The notes beneath the pieces were generated by a model. That model was not told where the DNA came from. It worked only from the letters and a program-made list of their open reading frames with translations, and did no database searches. DNA of 63,982 bases, filler included, from Collodictyon triciliatum (lineage: Eukaryota): the NCBI GenBank assembly GCA_043381765.1. It is 5 parts of 5 records of this genome, joined end to end, with 100 filler letters (N's around TTAATTAATTAA, not from the genome) between each part and the next. Parts side by side here need not be neighbours in the genome. Positions count along the whole stretch, not along the records: positions 54,039 to 63,982 come from JBHJMP010002014.1; 4 more parts are not named here. One strand, given 5' to 3'. The position numbers were made by a program, and so were the translations under genes. Shown here piece after piece: positions 55,909 to 63,982 of the stretch. How positions within the stretch are numbered: position 1 is the stretch's first letter; each line of letters starts with the position of its first letter.

Positions 55909-58063
55909 TCAAATATCCGGGGCATCTGGATTGACCACGGGCCGGTCGCCCAGAAGCGAGACCGCGCCGCCAGGATTGAGATAAAAGAAAGGATAGTACG
56001 GGCCAAGGTCGGATATGCTGCTTGGAAGAGGCTGCTTCACAATCTGGCCGTTGCGCTGGTTCACAATCATCAGCTGGAAGGCTTCCAAGTCCACGGTGAC
56101 GGTCAGGACATCTCCCGTATCGAAGCGGGCCGAGGGACAGCCGGACCATGATGTGGAGTTTGAGTAGAGCGTCCCGAGTGAGTGCCAAGAGTATGAGGCA
56201 AACAGGCTGTACCCGTTCTTGCCTTTGCATGTCTTCTGAATCACGCCCACTGCAATGCCGCCAAAGCCCCGGTTGTTGATGCGGACAGAGTATGCGTGCA
56301 GACCGCTCCAGAAGCCTTCTGTCCCAAGGACAAAGCCGTCTGCGTGACCCTCTACAGAGGCCAGTTGCATGTTCTGTGTGAGGGCGATAGTCTTTGCACA
56401 CTCCGAGATATCAAAAGACCACGAGCGTGGAGGGAAGTCTGTCAGGTCAAGAGATAGAACCGCCGGCGAGGGTGGAGGCGGGGGAGATTGAGAGGCTGGA
56501 TTGGGTTGCGACAGCTTTGCGTTGCTTGAGCCCTGTGAGGTTGTGGGGAGCGCTGCATCAGAGGACTTCCAAGAGCGTGCATCGCGGTCCGACATGGGCA
56601 AGGTGCTGTGTGTCTCTTTGTGATGAAGTACTTGCAGAAGCGAGGATATGGATTGGTCGATGGACTCAGCGACCTTGTGGAGACGTGTTTGGAAGTGTTG
56701 TACAGTCTTGTCTTCATCCGGCTCTGTTCGTGTGGTATGATGTGCGTCGATGATCTTTTGCGACTCCTTGTCGATTCCGTCCATCAGGAGCGTCAGGTGA
56801 GTGTTCATCAAGAGAAACTGGGGGTCGCTGGTGTGCTCCATGATGCCTTCTAGGGCAGTCAGGCTGCCTTGAAAGAACGATAGCTTCTCGGATACCTGTG
56901 TCTCGTCTGCCTGCCAGCCCCGCATATTGGTCCTCATTTCTCGAGAAATCTGCTCGCGCAATCCACGTCGGCGATCTTCCAGTGTCTGCATCAGCGTGCC
57001 GATACATCGGTCCAGCGCCTCCAACATCCTTGTTTCCTTGCGTTCACAAACCTGCGATTGCTCTCGTGCGTGTGCGCTGATGGAGGAGATGGGCTCAATC
57101 AACATCCTACACATGCAAATGTTGACTAAACAAAACAAAACAAAACAAAACAAAAAAGGATAATAATAACTATAATAATAAACAAAACAAAAAAAACTGA
57201 TGAGAAAAACAAATGCGTGTTTCTTCAACATCTATTTTAACACAACACAACACAATAGATAATAATATTTCTCATAGTACTTTTTTTTCTTACAATCATC
57301 ACCGATGAGTATTCACCAATAGATAGGAGGAGACAAATAGCAGACACGCCACCAAAATAGAAAAATCATTATTGACAGACCTTGTCTGTTGAATCCGATT
57401 GCTTAGCTGACTCCTTTGACTCAAAGCAGCATCAATGACTGGAACTGAGCCGTGCTGGTGCTGCTCAAGCGCACAAAACGTGCACACAAGCACACGACAC
57501 GACTGAGCCGGGCAGTAATACTTGAGCCTCTTGCCATGTGCCCTGCAGCGTAGAACGTCGCGTCGATCAGGTACGGTGCTATGCTGGATACTTTGTGCTG
57601 CAAGACTCGCGGCAGAAGAAGGCACCAGAGAAGAAACTGCGCCGCTGATTGTAAAGAAGGAGGACTGGTGCGACGCAATGGGGACCGGGACAGAGACAGG
57701 ACTCGTCTGAGTCGCAGACTGGGCCGGCAAATCAACTGCATGGTAAGGCGCCGAAAGGGCCGAAAGGGCGAGGTAGACGGGTTGATTGACGGGCAGCGCG
57801 CGCATGTCTGACTCAGCAAAGAGGCGCAAGGAATGCAGACAGAGCGGGCATTCGCGCTTGAGGGCAGGCATTTTGAGCAGGCAGGCCAGGCAGCAGATGT
57901 GAGCGCAAGGCAGAAACTTTGGGACGCGCTCGTGGATGTCAAAGGCTGCTTGGCACACGGGGCAGATGTATGGGCTCGGGAGATGGCTGATGGAGTCCTT
58001 GCGTGGGAGCGAGGCTTCTGAGGAGGATTCGCTGGGCGTGGCGGTGGTGCTTGTGCTCTGCAT
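55909..58063 (-). CDS. TRIM-like RING/B-box/coiled-coil/SPRY(B30.2) protein (exons 58063-57381, 57106-55909)
   Basis: RING CPVC...PKFLPCAHICCLAC...CPLC; B-box CRAHGKRLKYYC...CRVLVCTFCALEQH; coiled coil; SPRY-like VLGTEGFWSGLHAYSVRI...IAVGV...GDVLTVTVDLE...YYPFF. Confidence 0.88.
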
Positions 58064-58439
58064 TGATCTCTGTCGCCTATCACCTGGTTGTTGTCGGTCT
58101 AGTGGCACTTGTCAGCTTCTACTTCCACTTTTTTTTTTTGTTTTTTCTGCATTTTTTGATTTGTTTTTTTTGCATTTTTTGATTTATTTTGATCCTCGTG
58201 AGTTTGATTTGTTGGGATTCGAATTCAATGAAGTCGAGCGTCCCCAAAAATATTCGTGCGTCTAAAAATTTTCATTCATTGTCTACTTCTGGAAATCAAA
58301 TGCGGGATTCATCTTTTCACATCAAATGGACGCTCGTTCAACAATTTTTTTTACAAGTTTGTTGTCATTTTTTTTTATTTACTTTAGTCTCTTAACCTAA
58401 TTGTAACGTACTGCGGCATACCAACACCTAACCCCAACC

Positions 58440-61331
58440 ATCTCAACGAATGAGGTGTGTATCGGGGCATCCTAGTTCGAAGGATGTGGTGTTGTCAAAT
58501 AGTCTTGTGGGTTTAGTTGCTGCTTCGGTTCTGAATTGAACGAGCTGCTGGAGTCGCTTCGGTGATGGGCTTGTTTCTTTCTGGAGACGGCAGCGTGGTA
58601 CATCAACCAAACCTCCGAAATCACATGAAAGAATTAATCAAATAGATCCTTTCCCAATTTCCTCCGGCTCTAGAAATAAAATTCAATTTTTCTCTCGATT
58701 TTTTTTTTTACTACCATTACTGATTCACAATACCTGTTCGTTTATCCTTGCTTTTCGACCTGACCTCATCTCCATTTGTCTAAGCCGAGTCTGTCAAAAT
58801 TCGCAACACAAACCATCGACGTTACTTAAAAATATAATTATCTTAACTTCTCATTTGCATTTAAAAGTAGAAGCGATAGTAACAGACGAGTGCAGTTTGA
58901 ACAATCGAAGGCAATATTCTTCAATGCAAGACCGAATCCAGATACGTGATTGTGATAATAATTCAAGATAACCAAACCTCATGTCGAGCATGCTCCTCGG
59001 GATTTTCAAGATAGTTCAATTTCAGCTCTAGTGCTGGTAGAACCAGCTTTCCACTTGATGTGTCCTTTTCTGAATATCCAAAATCCTATATTATTATTAT
59101 TATTATTATTATTATTAGAGATGCTAGTATGTGCCTAAGTCCGATTGGTAGTGAGAAGGTAAAGATGAAAATGAGGATGATGATATGTGCACAATTATAT
59201 ACTGAGCCGTACAGATCGAGGTGAATCAATTTTGATTTGCTTTTTGGGTTTCCCGTGTATTTGTGAATTTTGATGGTGGTGAGTTCTCTCTGTGTTTAAT
59301 TCTCGCGTCTTTAAGTGACTCAAAACTAAAGCACGAGTGACATTCAATTAATTAAAAGATGAGACAGTACGGGAAAGTTTAGGTGTTCAAAATCAACTTC
59401 ACTGGGACATGACGAATAGCCTAAACAAATGACCAGAAATAAACAAATATCAAATCAAAACCGTGTGGTAATGAGTTGCGGTGTGCTGATACTGTAATCG
59501 GTGCACTTCTGGATGTTGCCATGGACATGATACCAGGCTCGCTGTCTTGATTATTTTGTCAAAAAAATCACTACACAAAGTTATATAATTTCTCTGTAAA
59601 AAAAGTGTAGAGAAATGGATAGTATACTCTGTTGTTGAGGAGATTGCATCGGTATGTCATTTCCTGAAGTCATGATCGTTAGCTTATCCTTTGTGTGAGG
59701 ATTTTGTATCTTTTCATTCAGTTCCTCTCCTTCCCCTGTGGCCTCTGGGTGATGATGGTCCGTGGGCTCATTTAGCTCAATAGATATGCGTATCTCCCTC
59801 AGCTTTTTTCAATTAAAAAATAATCAGAAAAGGTCGAATCAAGCAACTTCTGTCTGCCCTTCACAATCAAATAGAACCTTTGTTGTTGGTTTTGCAGGTG
59901 GCGGTTTGGGAGTAAGTTTTAGAACATGTCCTCTCGAACGCAAATCATCATGCCTCCCAAATTTCATACTTTCTTTTCTTTTTTCTGACCCTGATAGAAT
60001 AGAATCAGCTCTCTATGTAATTTTAAAAAAAAATTAATTCTAAGACATTATCTAATGAAAATAATACCCATAACAATATATATATATCGATGCAAGTAAA
60101 AATTAGACATGGTAGAAATCATGGTTGCTTTTCCAGTATCCGATTTCCACTTAAATGAAGAAAAGAGAACCTTCATGTCAAGTTCGTGTCTTAATTTTCC
60201 TCTGTCTTCTTGATTCTGCTCGAGTTTTGTATATTCCTCTCTCAAAAGCTGAACCTCTTTTTTGAGATGAGCTAGCCTCTTCATCTCTTCATTTTGATCA
60301 ATAACTGAATGGTTCTCGTGGAGCCATCCGTTCTATATGGTTGCATAATGTGTGTTATAAAAGGCAATCTATTTTGGTAGCGCTGCTGTATTCAGAATTT
60401 CGTGTGTTTACACGTATAATATTATTATTTGGTCAAATAGTTATATTCTTAGATATTACCTCCAGTAATGAATGAATTTCTTGAATGGTCTCAGTAATTG
60501 TAAATATCTTGTTGCGAACGTTCTTCATTTTTTCACTTTCACTCTGTTTATATTTGTAATGATTAAAATGTAATATGAAAGAGTGAGTCATACTAATTAA
60601 GTGGAGCAGAATAGGCAAATCAATATTGTTATTCCCTTTCTTCTCAATTTGAGTGCTGATTGAGATAATAGTTCGGAAACAAAACATCACGAAAAATGTT
60701 TATGAATAGAGAATAATTTTGCTGTTTTTTTTTTAAGGTTTGAGGCATTATTAATTGAAAGGTATGAGCTCAAATAAAATGAGTAAGTACAATGTAAGAA
60801 ACACCGAACATAAAAAACGCAAGGCATACATAGTCGAGCACTTCTATCTCCCTGCGAACGGCACTTTCATTCCAGTCTGAAAAATGGCGTAGTATATCCA
60901 AAGACTTTTTGCAAAACATCGACTGCGGAAACTCTTGCAGTAATAAATCCTCTCGTTCTTGCAGATTTTCATTGTGTTCTTTCATTTTGTTGGCTTTTGT
61001 TGGCTTTTCCTGGCTTTTCCTGGCTTTTCCTGGCTTTTCCTGGCTTTTCCTGGCTTTTCTTGGCTTTTCTTGGCTTTTCTTGGCTTTCTTGGCTTTTCTT
61101 GGCTTTTCTTGACTTTCTTGGCTTTTCTTGGCTTTTCTTGGCTTTTCTTGGTTTTCTTGGTTTTCTTGGTTTTCTTGGTTTTCTTGGTTTTCTTGGTTTT
61201 CTTGGTTTTCTTGGTTTTCTTGGTTTTCTTGGTTTTCTTGGCTTTTCTGTGTGACAGATCTTTCCTTCGAGTTCCAATACACGTTTTATTGAGTCTCTTT
61301 GCTTTTTCGGTTGGTTTATGCGACGACGCAT
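58440..61331 (-). CDS. Multi-exon coiled-coil-containing hypothetical protein; boundaries approximate
   Basis: Exon-like segments (EREDLLLQEFPQSMFCKKSLDILRHF; KRLAHLKKEVQLLREEYTKLEQ; LPALELKLNYLENPEEHARHE) with GT-AG borders. Confidence 0.45.
61000..61247. repeat. 9/10-bp tandem repeat (TTTTCTTGG / CTTTTCCTGG)n
   Basis: Direct reading. Confidence 0.9.
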
Positions 61332-63982
61332 ATGGTATGAAATCGCAGATTTAAACTCGAAACGCTGTCTTCTATTCTTACGGCCTAAAATATACGGTAT
61401 GTAGAAGTGTTTGCTTATTTGGATATTTCACACGGAATCATTTGGTGGGATAACAAGATTATATGTATTTGGTATGTCAAAGTGGAAAATGTTTTTTTTT
61501 TTCCTTTTGCTTTTGTGCAAATAGTTCCAATTTCTTTCCGCCTTGTATCTTTGAGTGAGCCGGATGGGTCTCGGCTTCAGTTTGATATCATGAAGGACTG
61601 AATCTGAGCTCATGATAATCCTTAACGTGCAGATATTGACTCATACTGCTTGATTTGCAATGCACCGCCCAAAGGTCGTATTCTTGCGCAGGCTGGTTTG
61701 TCAAGATTTTTTTTTCTCTCATGCGAATCAAATTGTTTGTTTGTCAAGATAATATGGTGGCGCTCCCAAAAGGTTTTTTAAGACAAGAATAAAATAAAGA
61801 ATATTACTTTGATATGGTGCTATGAAAATAAAAACAATTGGATTGTATTTAGATGGGAACGTGATGGAAACCCCTGCGATTAAAACGAGACATGAAATGA
61901 TTCATATCTGCCAAAGGTTCCTGGTGTTAGCATGATTCAAGGACATAAGGTAAACGGCTCTTTGATATGTGAAACATACAATGAATTGAGTATCTCATCC
62001 AATTATTGTCCCATTATTCTTTCTCTCTTTATTCTTGGTCCATCTCTTCGGCCTTCTGACGCTTGCGTGCGTGCTTGTCAACGACTTTACGTCCGCGCTT
62101 GTTTGAGACCTCTTTCTCCATCGGCTCGGCTGCTGTCTCTTCCTGGGCCAGCTCAACTTCGGTCTCCAGTTCGCGTTTCTTTTTCTCTTTCTTCATGATT
62201 ACCCCGTGATGAAGTGCAGGAAGTTCATATAATATGAGATTAGCCCGAGTAGTATCCAGCAGAGGACTTCAGGAAGATATTCATAAGGATGATAAATGCG
62301 GTGTGATGCTCGATTCAGAATAAAGAGGAAAAAAAAACCTCAGCCTTCTTTTGTAATTTCTCCTTCTTCTTGCGCTCTCGCTCCACTTCCTCTTTCAACA
62401 ATATCTCGTGGTACTTCTTCTGCTTGTTGCGGTTGTTCTTTCGGGACTAGAGCGTGAGCCCCGTCCAAAAAAAAAAAAAAAGAAAAGAAAAAGATGGAGT
62501 GAAAAGAGTGAGAGGAAGAAAAGAAAAACTCGGTTAATAAAAAGCCCCCTTTTTTTTCTCTTTTTACCAGGGTATATAACGAACAATAATAGTGATTAAA
62601 CCGAAAAAAAAAACAGGTATCTTTATCTTTTTCTTTTCAGTTTTCTTTATTTATTTCTTTTATATTATTTAATTGCATATATAAAACGATCCAGTCCTTC
62701 ACACATACCATCTTTGTTGTGTTGTCTTCTGCAGCGTTTCTACTTTGCTTGAGGCCCGACTGACTCTAACTTCACGAGATCGCTCGTCTGCTAATCTGTT
62801 TGTGGCTGCGGCTCTGTTTCGACTGGAAATAAACCTGCGTATGAAAATCCCTTCTTGAATGTTGCATTCGGTTCGGGATATGTCATATCGAATATGTTGT
62901 TGGAGGGATTTGAGTAAAGGCGCATAGACATCGCACTGATGTTGTCCTTGATTCGCGCAAATAATCATTGAGACTGAACTAGTCGAATAAAAGCATCAGA
63001 ATAGATAAATATAGGATTTTCGTCATCAGTAAGGATGATGTTCGATTGGGAGCAAGAGCGCTGATAACATCGCGGATTTTTTTTTCCTTTATTCGATGAT
63101 AACATCGCGGATTTATTGCTTGTAGTTGGACGACGCGCAGTCGGTATGTAATTTGATACTGTAAATGAGTCTTTATTTCATAGGACAAGGGGTGCCTGGA
63201 TATCGTAGAAATCGGTAAATAGAGGGGAAATAGCGCAATCGGGCAATCATTCTGCAAGGAGCTCGGTTTGCGATGTCCAATCAACGTGTGACATAAACAT
63301 CGCCCAAATGTTTCTGTTCTCAGAGATAAAGTATCCTGTTTCTTCTCCAATTCTCTCCCTTTCAATAATAAATAACTTGCTATCAGCCTTGCATATTTCG
63401 TGATACACACCATTCGACACCTATGAAAAGTTATCATAGATGTTTAAATCTCTTATTAATAAATAAATAATTCGGCTGTGCATGTTGTCAGTAACATCAA
63501 ACCACAAAATTGATTGTGTCCAATTAAATTAGTGTAAAGGAAATAGAATGTTTCAAGAAAAAAACGCGTTCTCAATAGATTCGGTATAAAACTCTCACTC
63601 GTATTTTCCCAGCACGACACGATTCTGATAATAGCATGGCCTCTTCAACTATGGTTGATTATTATTATTATTGTTTAAGGCATGTTTGAGACTGCAAGAT
63701 TACGGTGCATGTTAAATTCTTAGATTTACAGTCTAAAATAAATATGCAGCCCTTTTTGAATTTTGAAGAGTATTCCGAAAAAGAAGAGAAAAGAGAAAAA
63801 AGAAAAAAGAAAAGAGAAAAGAGAAAAAGAAAAAGAAAAAGAGAAAAGAGAAAAGAGGGCATAAAGAACAAACAATTTCAATTTTTATTAATACCTGCTT
63901 CACCAATTACATCGTAAGCAAAGCGAAGTCTCCCTATATAAACCAAATGAGTTTAACGAAGTTATATTTAGGTTGGTTAACA

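Overview
Eukaryotic nuclear DNA: AT-rich, intron-dense and microsatellite-rich, from an organism that is probably a flagellated protist (it has an axonemal-type dynein). The window is five contigs joined by artificial 100-nt N/TTAATTAATTAA spacers. The three complete contigs are ~13.4 kb and appear length-sorted, so nothing can be inferred across the gaps. Contig 1 holds a decayed Fanzor (eukaryotic TnpB-like RNA-guided nuclease). It is followed by an omegaRNA-like hairpin cluster ending in CTAG and preceded by a Helitron-type STPR remnant. Contig 1 also holds a bacterial-type epoxyqueuosine reductase (QueG) with a mitochondrial-like presequence. Contig 2 holds OLA1/YchF, Ran, gamma-glutamyl hydrolase and an unusual RING-B-box-coiled-coil-(RRM-like)-bacterial-type PARG-PBZ fusion. 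Contig 3 holds TTC39/IML2, eIF2-beta, Myb/SANT-like genes, a small bacterial-like intronless gene and a dynein 3' end. Contig 4 holds a large LRR protein, a PHO80-like cyclin and a non-LTR retroelement relic. Contig 5 holds a TRIM-SPRY protein. Manual splicing indicates two AT-AC introns (one U12-type, one with a U2-like donor), two GC-AG introns and candidate tandem microexons. All calls come from manual translation and remembered motifs; no database searches were run.
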